NCBI RefSeq assembly: GCF_009914755.1
Contig: NC_060939.1
Origin: the human T2T-CHM13v2.0 reference genome, Homo sapiens
DNA: 64,000 bases
Strand: one strand, 5' to 3'
Position numbers and translations under genes: made by a program. Position 1 is the first letter of the stretch, and every line of letters begins with the position of its first letter. Under the pieces are notes generated by a model that did no database searches, was not told the DNA's origin, and saw nothing but the letters and a program-made list of their open reading frames with translations. Shown here piece by piece: positions 14,432-30,005 of this stretch.

Positions 14432-14870
14432 TGTGGTAGGCAGACTAATGACCCCCAGAGATATCCACATTCTCATACTTGGAACCACTGGATATGCTGC
14501 CTTACTTGGCAAAAGGGAATTTGTAGACATGATTAAGTTGAGAGTGAAAGAGGGAAGTGGGAGAGTGAGTTAGAGAAAGAGATGTGATGATGAAAACAGA
14601 GGTTGGAGTGACATGGTGGCTGGCTCTGAAGATGGATGGAGAAGTCAGAACAAAGGAATGTGTCCTGTAGAAGCTGGAGATGGCCAGGGAGGGGATCGTT
14701 CCCTGGAGCCTCCAGGAAAAAAACAAAATGGAGCTCCTGCCAGCACCTGGATTTTAGCTCTGTAAAATCCATTTCGGACTTCTGATCTCCAGAAATATAA
14801 AATGATAAATTGGTGTCTTAAGCCACTGAATTTGTGGTAATTTGTTACAGCAGCAATAGGAAATGTATTC
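14432..14870 (+). mobile_element. MLT1 (MaLR) LTR
   Basis: tgtggtaggcag...taagccactgaatttgtggtaatttgttacagcagcaataggaaa. Confidence 0.8.
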
Positions 14871-14934
14871 AGGTGGGTAGAATGAGATGTAGCAGTCTTG
14901 ATTTTCTTTGATTAGGGAACTATTTTTGCCTCCT

Positions 14935-15042
14935 GAGTGACCAAATGCCCAGTTTTCCAGCAAGGAGGGCTTTCCCAGGCAGTGGAATTTCATTGCTAAA
15001 ACTGGAAATGTTCCATACAAATTGGGACAAGTTGGTCATCTA
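14935..15042. mobile_element. MER96-like hAT MITE
   Basis: gtgaccaa...ccagtttt / aaaactgg...ttggtcat terminal inverted repeats. Confidence 0.5.
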
Positions 15043-16559
15043 TTCCTGAACTACTAGCGATGTATATTTATCATATGAAGAACGAGAAGTAACGAAGATA
15101 CAACTTAAGAGTGGAGGAAGATTATACCATTTAAGAAGCTCCTATCTCAGCAGGGGAAGCTGAGTACCTACCCATCTTGCCACATTTACCACCTGTTCTA
15201 CCTGCTTTTTAATTCTAGAGCCAACCTTTTGTCCCTTTTAGACCAAGGTCCCCTTTGTCCCTTGTTTTCTCTGCAATTATTGAGCATTTACTCTTAGTGT
15301 GGCTATGTAGCAAGTGCTATGAGGATATCCCGAGAAAAGTATTCAATTGGGTCTTGCTCTGAATATGATCCTGCAAGGAGGCTGGATATTGACAATGAAT
15401 CAAAATACAGAAACATGTGAAACAGCCCACACTGGCATGAGTGAGAGTAGTTGGGGAAAAGTCCATGGGCTCTGAAGGTGGATTTGCATGTAGGTAGGGA
15501 CAGCTATGACGTTAGGAAGTGGTTTCTAAAGTCATGGATATAGGCCAGTATTTTTCCCCAAGTCACAAAGTCCCTGGGTGGTTTCCCTGATAAGCTTCCA
15601 GCCATCTATCTTGTATAAGAATTTGTTATTTACCTGCAAGTAATTTGGGGTACAAACTTCTACAGTGAGGGCTCAGGAGGGTCACCGGGATAGCATCTCT
15701 GAAGCTTTAAAGATCAAAAGTGTCATGTAGAGGAACCCAAATGTTATGGACCACCAAAATTACCAGGAAGGCTTTAAGAAAAGACAACAACCAAGTAGAT
15801 TTCCATACTCTACCCCAAATTGTCACAAGCTCCCTAAGTGATTCTGACATGATGAATGTAGGACCCATGATTTATAACAGTGTCCTCCAACATGTATCCT
15901 ATAGAGCACTTGTCCTGTTAGATGCTCCAGGAAAGAAAGTCTTGAGGTCAGTTAAATGAGTTTGTAGATGACAATATATCATGGTTTGCTTTTGATGGTT
16001 CACCATACCAGGTAGCTTATTAAGGCTTTGAGAAGTCCTACAGTAAAGATACCTGCATAGTTTTGTTTAGTCCACCACTTCTCAAATTTACTGGACATAT
16101 ACATATACATATGAATATATATATATATGTATATGACATATATATATCACATTCTCTGGTATGCATTATAGGAAATACTGGGATAGGATTGAGAGAAATA
16201 AAATCAAGACACTGGTCAACAGAACACTTTCACAACTCTCAGAGCTTAACGGGGAAGCTGGGGAGATACCATTGTTTCCAACATGCATACATAATGTTAC
16301 AAATGATTTAAGGGAGAGAGAGGGCACTGAGGGAGCAGTCCCATTTGCAAGACTTTCTGCACATGGAAATCTTGGCCTTGCTTTCAACCATCCTTCTGCC
16401 TCAGCCTTCTGCACAGGGTGCCTATTGGTGACCCACCAAGGAGGAATACTGCAGGCTGAAAGAAACAGCATGAGCTAAGCTTTGGGAGTCAAGGTCACAA
16501 GTGTGCTTGGGATATTTGGGAAACAGGCCTAACTAGTGGACCGTGTTTATTAATGGGGA

Positions 16560-17285
16560 AACACTAAAAGATGGAGGATAGGTCTTGGTAAAAACTTCTC
16601 CTTCTGTATACAAGTCCTAGGAAAGCTCTTTTGGCCAGAGATAATTCTTTTAACCATGTTTGAACAAAAGTTCCCATTTTCCAGGCATGAAAGGTAATGG
16701 ATTGTTTATAGTACTTCGGAATCTCTGAGAATAGACATAAAAATGTGATTATGTAGCGATAGCAAATTCATCCTGGTAGAAAGACAGGGGGCTTCCTTAA
16801 ACCAAGATTGATAGAAGAGCTCAATCAAAGATAATATGAAGTCTCTGAGAATAAGGACCCTTCGATCATTTACAAGAAAGGAAACACACCAGGACTATGT
16901 TGGGAGAATGGTGTGACAATGGCAGTGAGCTAGTTTGGAGAGAGAAAGCAAAAGATAATTTAAGGGGGGAACTTCACTGCATGGAAAAGTGCTGGGGTCA
17001 GTCTGAGCTGCTGCTTTTATAAATGATGTTCAGCCAGAGTACAAGTGATGTTTCCATGTTTCTAGAAAACACTAAGCTCTCCCAGATGGTGAAATGCCAA
17101 GCTAATGGTGATAAACAACAGGAAGATCTTTACCAAGCTGGGTGAGTGGGCAGAATAGCTTCAGCATGGTAAGAACAAGGTAATAAATTTTGGGAAAAAT
17201 AAAGTAAATGATGGTTATAAAACATGACAGGCTCTGAGCTCTCAGCTACAGCCCAGAAAAGGGCCTCTGAGCATCACTCTAGGAT
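16560..17285 (+). mobile_element. Ancient CR1/L3 LINE reverse-transcriptase fragment
   Basis: Decayed F-x-D-D-T-K-L...QEDL..L.EWA-like stretch (aacactaagctc...caggaagatctt...gagtgggcagaa). Confidence 0.6.
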
Positions 17286-17755
17286 GTGGGAGTGGACAGG
17301 GTGAGGGGACAGCTATTCTCCCCTCTTTTTCACAGGACTTGGAAACTTCTCTAAGGAGTGTGTGGAAAACTTGAATGTAAGTGTGGATAGCTGTGTCAAA
17401 ATTATAAAATGGGAAATTATTTGTAATAGTCAGTACACATCAGAATTACTTCATTTCTCTAAATAGCCTGAGATAATGGCAGGGAAGAGAATTAGCTAAA
17501 AATGTTAAGCAGAAGTTAAGAGTGAAGATGGTTCCCAGAAGAAAACAATCTGGAGTGCTTAATGGGCATCATTTGTCAAGGCAGGGGACCCAAAAGACAG
17601 GGAAGGTGGGAGGAAAGGCCCAAGGGGTGGGGTAAGAGCCCTGGGCAGAGGGAGATTCCTGGTAGTCCAAGTTTCTGGCACTCAATCACTTACACTTAAT
17701 TGTTAGGGGGAAAAAAAAAACAAAAAATGGAAGAACTTCAAGCAAGTCTCCTTAA

Positions 17756-18097
<342 letters not shown>

Positions 18098-20224
18098 TGA
18101 ACTTGAACTTTCATGATGAGCAACCATCCTTCTGCTCAGTTTATGCAGCCAGAAAAGCTGACTGAACCTGTCACGTCTCTCATGCTCCATCTTTCACTAC
18201 TGATAAGTGGTCAGGAGCGAGTGGTGAGAGTGATGGCCTCCCCACCCCTTCCCGTCTCCTTTTCTGTTCTGTGGGTGAATGATGAGGAAGGTGTATGCTG
18301 TAGGGGTGAGGCGTGGTGGTATGCAGGATGGGATATCCTTGACAATGATAAAATGCTTCCTCAAGAAGACACTGCTTCTGCTTTAGGTTTTGGATGTCCC
18401 TAAGTAGCTGTGGGGGCAGGACCATTAAGGAACTTTAAGTAGTGTTTTGAAATGTGAACCTAATACAGTTGTGGCTTCCAGAGAGACTCATTGAGTTGTT
18501 GCATCTCCAGTGGATTCAAACTAGAAAACATTTTCCATCCCTTGTATAAAACTGTTGTTTGTATATTCCTAGAATTCTAAAGAAAGAACATGGAGCTGGA
18601 GGAGGTAGAATGAAATGAAAGCCTTAAGGGATGGTGGGGCCTTTGAGTTAGAGACAAACAAAAAAAAACCTTGATCCTCCCCTCTCCCATGGAGAAATGA
18701 TCAAAGCTTAGAAGCTCATGAAAAGTGCCTTTATTGGTCCAATTCCTTTCATACGTGAGAGAGGGTGGCACTTCTGAGGCTTACAAAAGGCATTTGGGAA
18801 CACTTTAAAAGGCACCCATGGTAAAACTTAGATGATTTAGAAGGGTTAGGGAATGGATTTTTCAGACTCAGGGTTAACTTTGCAGCATATTCTTGAAGAC
18901 TTCTTGGGTCTGGTCCCTTCCCAACCCTCCAGAGGAGCCACCTGCCTTGAAGACAGATACCCCGAGCTTACCCCTGCTTCTGGGAAGTCCTGAGGTCTCC
19001 CAAATTTCCACCACCTGCCACAGGAAGCAGGCAGCTTGTGGGACTCATGGGGGACACCATGACTTAAAGGGTAGCAGCCTCCACTAGGCACCACTGGTGG
19101 GGTGCAAAAAATGGAACTCTTAGAACCTCTATTTAGGTTTCCTTTTTTGTAATGAGATAAATTAAGCTTTACTAATATTTAATACACAGACAGATTTGGG
19201 CCCCACTGTTGTGTGGCATTCTGAGGGATGAGGGAAACATCCCCCACATGGGGTGGGGAGAGGTGCTTAGTCTATGCCTCACTCGTTTGTTCTCTTTCAG
19301 CAGTTTTGATTTATTTCAGCATATGTTTATGTGTGCTTGGTTAAACAGACTCACTGATTATATTACTTCATTCTAACTAAACTAGCCCTTGCAAAATAGC
19401 CCAGTGATTTCAAAAAATGCCTGAAAGAAACAAAACCGAGGACTGAAGATGAGCCGCTAATCATACAGGCACATGTGAACAGCAGGAAAACACAGAGTGG
19501 ACAATTATCCTTCCTCTTGACAAGAGCTTTCCCTGCAGCCCCACTTTAAGGGAAAAGTAATGATCTAATCAGATCTGACAAGAAATGGGCCATCTACATT
19601 TCAAAAATTTCCATGGGACAACTTGAAGAATGGATTTCAAATACTTTTACTTGCCTTGAGATATTTCCCGAAGGCAGTAGGAAGCCATGGCAATTAGAAA
19701 GATAGTTAAATGCTTTGTATTTAAAGATAGTTAAATGCCTCGTGTTTCTGATCTTTAGCTTGTCCTCTAGGTGACAGGGAGAGAGCAGAGTAAGGAACAG
19801 CATGGGTGATTGCTGGGGTTCAGGGATGAGTCAAGGATGACGATGAGTTGTTTCTTCTAGCTTTAGAGACAGGTAGGGTGAAAGGATATAGAGGTGCCAC
19901 CAACTGAAATGGACATCTTGGAGGAGGAGCCAGCCTGTAGGGAAGATGAATTCATCCCTGAGTTCCAGGTACCCATGGGGCATCTGGGTGGAGATAGTGA
20001 CACCAGCCTGTCTAGCAGGACACTTCAAACCTCACCTGTCCTATACTAGTCTTCCCATTTTCCCCTGCAAACCCTGTCCTTTTCCAGTAAGGAAGAGATG
20101 ATGAAAAGACCCATCTTCCTGAAATAATTAGCCCACTAGAGATCTTGAGGGATAAGTGGGCTCTTCCTTCAAAATGCAAACACGTCCATTTAGCTGGTTA
20201 AAGTGGATTCTCTATTCACTTTAG

Positions 20225-20596
<372 letters not shown>

Positions 20597-21309
20597 TACC
20601 CCTCCTCTTCATAAAGAGAATGAATTATTTAAAAATTAGGGTAGGGAGGGAGAGGCAGGCTTGGGTGCAATAGGACGGGGGCAGAGGTTGGAAGGATGAA
20701 GGAGTGAATTACCGGAGACAACCAAATGCAGAACAGGGGTGCTGATTCACCAGTCTTCACCCCCTCTGCCGTGTGACCAGCTTTCCTGACTCCAGCTCTG
20801 GCTTAGGTGCCCCTGAGATCCTGCCTTTGGCTGGGGCCTGCTAACAGGCAGAGAGCTTTGGCTTTGCAGTTGGTAGCTGCTCAGTCCCAGAGATTCATTC
20901 ATCCACAGGCTAGGAATGGGGATTTGTGTGTTTTGGGGGCACCAAACATGACAAAATTTCCCAACTCTTTTGGACATTTTAAGGGTGCTGAATAAGAACA
21001 TACAAAAGCAATGGCAGTCAAAACAGGATGCAATTTCAGATTGCTTCAATGCCTTACATTGAATAATTACACTTGAAAAGCAGCATTTAATTGTCTTCAA
21101 GATGAAGACCTTTCCCCTACCCCAATTCCTGGGTCTTGAAGAGAAGAGAGATTGGCAGGAGGAGCTGTAAAACCTTTTAGCTCATTATCTCAGCTTGTTT
21201 TAGAGCCTCCAATCCATCACCCATCAGCACTGAGCAATCTGTAACTCAATTAATGATAATGTCAGAGATAAGGACAACTGCTGAGTACAGATTACGCACA
21301 TGAGGTGGT

Positions 21310-21495
21310 ATATACCATGTATCTGATCCTCACAACAATTCCTCAAGAGAGGGACTGTGAGTTCCATTTTATAGATGAGGAAACTGAGGCACAGTCAATT
21401 TAAGTAATTCACTGCAAGCTAAGTGGCTAGTAAGTAGCAAAGCTGCAGTTGGGCCCAAGTTCACCAGACACCAAAGCCTACAGTCTTTGCCTTCC
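21310..21495. mobile_element. MIR
   Basis: ccattttatagatgaggaaactgaggcacag core. Confidence 0.7.
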
Positions 21496-22323
21496 TGCAT
21501 CTGCCTTCGAAAAATTCCCCTTGGCTCCCTAATGACTGAGATTTCTCACTTATTTGAAACATTAAAGGCCTCAGTTTGAATCTCCACCTACCTAGGGGAG
21601 TTGTATTTCATCACTTTTTTAAATACAAAAGGGCCAGTCTTATGTGATAGAACATACTCATCAAGACTTGAAGATAGATGTAGCTTTCATTTTTAGAGGG
21701 AATTCTGTATATTTCAACAGTTACATATTAATGTTGCTTTTCATATTGATTTTACAGCCAGCTCTGAAAAGTGAATGAGTGTTTGATAATTTTACTTACC
21801 AGAGCTCACTGAAGCAGATACTTGTGAAGCCACTGGGGGGTGAATCATCTCCAAATCAACAGGTTAATTTTGGAGATCTGAGAGATATTTTTGGCTCACT
21901 GCAGAAAAGTAACCATCACTAAAAACAACATCTACTTACATGATTTCTTTAAATGAAGCTTATTCATTCCCCCAAATCCCTTGCATCTAACAAATAACTA
22001 GTGTCTTTCTGAATGTTAGATTATATTCAGGCATAATAATAATAAAGTGCTTGCTCTTCTATGTGCTTTATGCACAGTTAAGCCATCATATTCTTGCAAC
22101 AACTGTATCAAGTAGGCACTAATGTCAGCGATAGCAATGGATGCAGCATTTCACATCAAGGAAACCAAGGCAAAGAGAGATTAAGTAGCTTGTCTGAATC
22201 CACCATTTAGAAAGTGGCAGAGCTGGATTGGGCAGACTCTGCCCCAGAGTCTGCCTGAGTTCAGTGCTTCAGCCTGCCACACTGAGCTGCGATGCATGGG
22301 GTGACAAACATCAATTAGTTTAA

Positions 22324-22851
<528 letters not shown>

Positions 22852-23585
22852 TTAATATTTTAAATATTAAGCATTTCAAACATATGGCCAAAATAGAACA
22901 TAATTTAACAAACACTGTGTGGTCACCACTCAGGTGGAAAAATTCTTAATAGTTTACCCTCAAAGACAGGGAGAGGTAAAGCCCTCTTTGCTTTCAACTC
23001 CCTCTCTTCTGCTTCTAGCTCCCAGATCAAACTGCACTACAGAAGTTGTATTTTTTTTTCATCTATCCACGTTTTTATGCTTTTGTCTCATTTCATAAGT
23101 ATGCATGCATCAACATCATGTTTAAATTTCACACAGAAGGTGTCATACTACACAGATCCTTCTACAACTCTTTATTCCACATCCTGTTTTCAAGATTTAT
23201 CTTGTTTAATCATTTAGTTGCTTATATAAATATATATCTTCAAGTTTCCTCCTGATGGACATTTAAGTTCTTTCCATTTTCTGCAAGGAAAAAGTGTCTC
23301 CTTGTGTGCACACACACAACAGTCTCCTGGGGTCTATACCTATAACTTGATTGCCAAGGCCTGCAGCAGCAAGGGCTGCCAATGGCTCTCCAGAGAGACT
23401 GCACTCATTTTCACTCCCAGCAGCAGTGTCTTGAGTTCCTGTGGTTGCACTTCCTCATCAACACTTCAAATCATCCAACTTTTTAATTTTTGCCAATCTG
23501 ATAGGTATAAAATGGTACCTTGTTTTAATATGCATGTTCCTGATTGCTGGTGAGAGTCAATGTATTTGTGTTTATTGGGCATTAA

Positions 23586-24073
<488 letters not shown>

Positions 24074-24608
24074 AGAAATCTAAAATTTTAATAGTCTAAT
24101 TTATCAATCTTTTCCTTGATGGTTGGTGGTTTCTGTATCTCATTTTAAAAATTCTTCTCTTGCCGTGAGGTGATAAAAGATAACCATATATTTTCCAGAG
24201 GTTTAAAGGTTTTGTTTTTCACATTTAGGTCTTTAATCAATCTGAAAATTATCTGTACATATTGCATGAGGTTGGGAATCTTTTTCTCCCCACGATTTAT
24301 TCTATTTATTGAATAGTTCATACTTCTGCTACCTATCTGGTAGGCCCCTTCTTTTCATATCAGGTTTCTATATTGCATAGATCTGTTTTTGAGTTTTTTA
24401 CTCTGTTTATTAGACTCTGGTCTATTTCAGTACAAAAACCAAGTTTTCTTAATATAACTCATAAGTCATGATAGTCCAAAGGGAAGTGCCCCTCCTCACC
24501 CTCACTTTATTCTGCTTAGAAACTGTCTTGATTATTCTTGCCTTTATTCTTCCATAGGAATTTTAGGATAATATGATCAAATGCCATGAGCACTCTATGT
24601 TGATCTGA

Positions 24609-24944
<336 letters not shown>

Positions 24945-27900
24945 TGATACTGAATCTTCCTCTCCATTAACATGACATGTCTCTCCATTTAGTCATATCT
25001 TCTTCTGTGTCCTTCAATTATGTTTACAGTCATCTCCATAAATCTCTTGCATATCTTTCATTAGATTTACTTCTAGCTACCTTACAGTTTTGGTTGCTGC
25101 TGTTAATTTTTTTCTATTACAGTTTCTAAATGGTTATTAATGATGCATAGGAACCCAACTGATCCCTGTATACTTATCTCCAATTGAGACATTTTGCCGA
25201 GCTCTGTTATGAGTTCTAATTTATATAGCATCTCTTGGACTTTTTAATGTAGACAACATTGCCTACACAAAATGATTGTTTTCTTTGACCCCCTATTTCT
25301 TTTTCCTGCTTTATAACACCGGTAGAAAACATCCAGCACAGTGTTGAATAGCATTACATGGCATCCTGGTCTTGTTCCTAACTTTAACAGGATTGTCTCT
25401 AAAATTTCCCTGAGTATGCAATGTTTGCTGTGGGTTTTGATGGATACCCCTTATCAAGTTATCTTCCTTTTATTCCTATTTTGCTAAGGCATTGTTTGCT
25501 TTTAAGTAGAAATGTATCCAATTTTAGCAAACAATTTCTTTGTATCCACTGAGATGATCATATAATTTATCTTATAATATGTAAATTTAACCAATTATTC
25601 AAAGACTTTTTGATTTAAATCATCATTATATTCCCAGGATAAGCCCTACTTGGTCAATGATGCATATGTATTTACTATACTGGTGAATTCTACTAGTAAA
25701 TATTGCATTTTGCAACTATACTCAAAAGTGAGATTGGTCTATAACTTTTTCATAGTACTATCTTTGTCAAATTTTGATGTCAGAGAAGACTAGTCCCATA
25801 AAACGGATTGAGTAGCTTTCCTTCTTTTTCTGTGTCTGAGAGTGTTTATGTAAGGTGGGGATTAACTGTTTTTTGACAGTTTTAGTAAAACTAGCCTGCA
25901 TTTCACTCGACATTCTGAGGATATCTTTCCATGACAACAAATGTACTACATCATTGTTTTTTGACAATAGCACATGCCACCATTTTCTCTACTGGTCCCC
26001 TCTTGGTAGGTTTCAAACTGTTTCCAGTTTTTGCTATGAAGTATCTGCAGAAAGTAACAACCTAGCAGCAGGCTGCCTGTTGGGGAAAAGGGTGCCTTTT
26101 GGCACATGGTAGGATTCCCTTCTAATGCTCCTTCCTAAGTTACAAAGTAACAGGAGATACTGAAGAGGAGCTCCATGAACAGACCTCTGGCTCTGCCCAC
26201 CGGATCCCATCCCTCCTACCAGAGGCCTGCTTGCCCAATTCAAAGCCAAAAGGAGGCTCAACTCTTCACAAAAATGGTTTTGCCCTAACCCAACTGGCTG
26301 AAATAGTCGGGATGACAGCCAAACAGTACCAGAAGTCAAGCCAGCTCTCCCTAAGGGTGCTGCCCTGGCTGCCAGCCATGCCCTGACTCTCGTGCCATAG
26401 CTGAATCCAGTGGACCCTCGCCCAGGTGGAAGAGGCACAGCTGACAGGTTGTTTGTTGCCGCTGAAGGTCCCCTCCCACCATGAGCCCCTGGCCAACCCT
26501 TATATCCCTCTTGTCAGGGAGGCTGGCCCTCACACCTAGCTCAGTGGTAGCCCTGTTCCTGTGCTGCACTGCGACTGGCCATCTACTTTCCGCATCCGGT
26601 GCTGAGTTCTTAGGGATTGATGCTCAGAAGACCTGTGAATCCCCATAAGCAGAACTGCCTACTATGTAGAAGTTACTCAGTATATGTCTTGTATATATGT
26701 CTCAGTAAATGAATGACTGATGAATGATTTTAGCGTGTTTGTTCTTGTTCTTTGAGGCTCAGATTCCATCAGTTCAGGACCCACACCTGGAAGGAGGTGC
26801 ATATTCACAATGTGCAGGTGGAACTGAATGTACTCAAATGCCTTCTGAACTAAGCACAAGGTCCACCCTTTGCCTTTCATACGGAGCTATCTGCTTGGCC
26901 CACTTGGGTTCTGCCTGTCTTTGACCCAACAACAGCAGCATCACCTGGGGGCCAGAGGGATTGCCCACCATGCTCTCAGTGTTCAGTTCCAGCAGTAAAC
27001 CCTTTCTCCATGGCAGAAGCACCCCTCCTTCCTGCCACCCCTGGAGCCTCCCCATTTACGCCCCTTCACACTCATGAGCTATTTTAATATACTCAGGAGC
27101 TGTCGGGCTTGGAATAGCACAGTCCACGTTCTGTCTCTCTGGGCAATCCTCTCTCTCTCTGCTGGCAGCTCCCAAACTTTCTCTACCACGGCAGGCACCC
27201 AAGAACTCAGGCTCAGAACACCAGACTGCTAACAAGGACACCAGTAGGATGCCACATTCAGAGCCATGGGAGCATGCCAACACCGTAATATGTGAAATTA
27301 GTAAACAGTCTAATGCAATAAAAATGTCAGTCTTTGGAATGCTGTAATTTTTGGAGGATGGATGCAGAACCTAAAATGTGCAAAACAATAAAATGGAACA
27401 AACTCGTCTATCTTGGAAAAAAGAAACAAAACATGGCCTGTGACAGTGGACTGAGGCTACTGGAAGGTGCTCTAATTAATTAATGTAGTAACATGTAAAC
27501 CCTCAGCTTAGTGAGCTTAACAACAACTAGACAAACTGTTAGCTGTACTTGAGAGGTCAGAACACACGAGGGAGAAGAAACCAGAAGGTACTTCTGTATG
27601 GGAGATGATTTGGCAGACAGCATTATGGCTTCCTCAGTGTTCTACTTGATTTTTTTTTTAGTGAAATATGAACCCTGAACAATGACATTTTTGGATTTCA
27701 GTCAATCTGAATGCGGAACAGCAGGAAAGGGACATGTAATATATTGCTTATAATCTCCCTTACATATACTCTGTAGTAAAACTGGTTTTGTTTACGGATT
27801 TAAGACAAGTCAAGCCACATTTTTAATATCTGCTGGTGTCATGGTCAATATCTGGCCTGTGGAATGACAGTGTTGAGGGATGCTGTTAGCAGATGGGAGG

Positions 27901-28639
27901 TGGGATGACACCCGCAAGATCTCCTGAGGTTGGGCTCCTAAGCTCTGCTGGGACCGCTACTGTGATGGAACCACTCTGAGTCCAGGGGGAATCCCATTCA
28001 CATCACGTAACGGGAGGGGCCAACTAGCTGTGGAGGCTTAACTTCCTGGAAGTTTCTCAGAAATGTGACTTTCTCTCAGGCTTCCTTTCTAAATTAAACT
28101 CTAAGGCCACAAATGGCTAAGAATAGAATTTTTTATACTTCATGGTAACGTAAAGAAGTACCACCAAAAGGTTTCACTGTTTTCCAACCAAATCACCAGG
28201 TGTGGTCACTCAAAGATGCTGAGAATGGCTGTCCTGCACAATCAAGATGCCAGGGTGTATCCATGGAGTAGCTAGCTCCTCGGATACAGGGAAAACGAGA
28301 GAGCCCAGTCCTGGTCCTGACTTTTGCCACTGAGCCAGCAGCAGGAAGTGGAAGACAGAGCCCGGCCTCCAGCCCTGCCCTGCCCCTGCCACCCCCAGCG
28401 CACTCACTGTGTGCCATGGGCCCATCTCTTTACCTGCTGGTTTCTGGGTCTGTTAAATGAGAAAGCAGACTAGAAGATTCTGCTAATTTGCTTTCTCAAT
28501 TTAATAGTAACCCCTTAAGTATGATAAATTGAATTTTTGTCATCATCTGGGCACGCATCAGATGTGCGCTGATGCCTGTGGAGAGGTCCTCCGCGTTCCT
28601 CCTCTCCCGTGCTGGATTCCTGCCGCCCCCCATTCTACT

Positions 28640-29715
28640 CCCGCCATTCTTCGTAAATGGAATCCTCCTGCTTCTTTCTCACTGTGTAACACCTGGGGCA
28701 TCGACCTTGGAGCCTCCAGCTTTCCTTATCTGTGACTTCCCTCCAAAATGCTGCTCCCTCCCCTGTTTCCCTGGGGCCCTTGACTCCTCCATTAGACCTC
28801 AGCCTCCTCTGTCAGTCCTTGGCCTGTGCTCGCCACAGAGCGTGCGGTCAGCAGGCGTCATGCTGGCTCTCCCCAAGGCCTCTTCCTGTGTTGGCCTCAG
28901 TGCCCACAGACCAAACCACAGACTGCCAGGCCCCCAGGCCCCGGCAGGCCGCCCTGTGCTGACGTAGCTGTGGGTGGGACTCGTGTCCGAAACCTCAAGG
29001 CCAGCCCTTCCCGCTGGTCCCATATCCCAGCTGCCCCGCCTGTCTCCCCAGCCTCTCATCCCGCTTTGCTCAGCGCAGCTCCTCCCTAAGCCAAGCACGC
29101 CCTGCTGCCCACCCCGCTCCCATCTTATGCAAGGGGGCCTAGTCAAGGAACCCCCACCTGGCTTCAATTGTTTGTACCCTGGCAGTTCCGAGAGGGGAGA
29201 CCTTTGATAGAGACAGGAGACAGCCAAGGGGTCCCTTGCAAAACACCCCATTCAAGCCTAAAACAGTCTGAAAGCTGAAAGACCCGACTGCCGGTCCCGT
29301 AAGAAACCCGCAACCCAGAGGGAGAACACCCTTGTCTGCCCTCCCTTCCCCGACAGCTTCTCGCTTAATAATACGCACATGCGCACTGGGGGAACAGGGG
29401 GCGGAGCCTCAGGATTTCGCGCCTTGGGCAGGGGGAGGAGCCTGGACTCCAGCTCGAGTGTGCTGGCCTGGAATTCAGTCTGTGAGGTGGAAGCCTGTTA
29501 GCAGGACCACTTATTTTTTTCTCCGAGAGCTTTCTTTTAATAAATTCTGCTCCCCTCACCTTTCAATGTGTCTGCGGACCTCATCTTTCCTGGTCATGTG
29601 ACAAGAACCCCGTTTTAGCTGAACTAAGGGGCAAAAACTTCTGCATCACCTTAACTGTCGTGTTCACCGTGGCGTCCCTGACATGTGCTAGGAACTCAAT
29701 AATATACATTTAAAC
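28640..29715 (+). mobile_element. L2 LINE 3' fragment split by an LTR
   Basis: gttccgagaggggagacctt|aactgtcgtgttcacc...ctcaataatatacattt matches the L2 3' end. Confidence 0.55.
29205..29648 (+). mobile_element. ERV1 solo LTR (MER61/LTR27-like group)
   Basis: tgatagagacaggagacagccaagg...gcatca, TG/CA ends, AATAAA at 29539-29544, 4-bp TSD CCTT (29201-29204, 29649-29652). Confidence 0.85.
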
Positions 29716-29854
29716 CTCAAAAAATAAATAGTGATTGGGCAGCCCCGGAAGAGGCCTGAGGAGGGAATGGCCACGGCAGGACAGAGGAGCTGTGGTTTTA
29801 TTCTTCCCTGGCTTTCACCACAGACTCCTTGGTAACCGCTCTCACCAAGGTCAC

Positions 29855-30005
29855 CAAATAATCTTGTAATTGGCCCTGAGGAGTGTTTGGAAACATGGGA
29901 GGGCATTTTCGGTTGTCACAAATATAAGCGGGGGCGGGGGGTTCTAAAGGCTGTTTCCGGGGGGCAGATATGCTAACTACTTGTAATCCTGGAACGCTGA
30001 GGGCA
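29855..30005. mobile_element. MER20-like DNA transposon fragment
   Basis: tttggaaacatgggagggcattttcggttgtcacaa. Confidence 0.5.

Noticed and set aside
19100-19720. Possible old hAT-type DNA transposon
   Set aside because: Only a vague resemblance; I could not define termini or family without a search.
19698-19738. 16-bp direct repeat AAAGATAGTTAAATGC (similar micro-duplications at 9371-9393 and 32332-32369)
   Set aside because: Ordinary two-copy slippage duplications; not an array, and no spacer structure.
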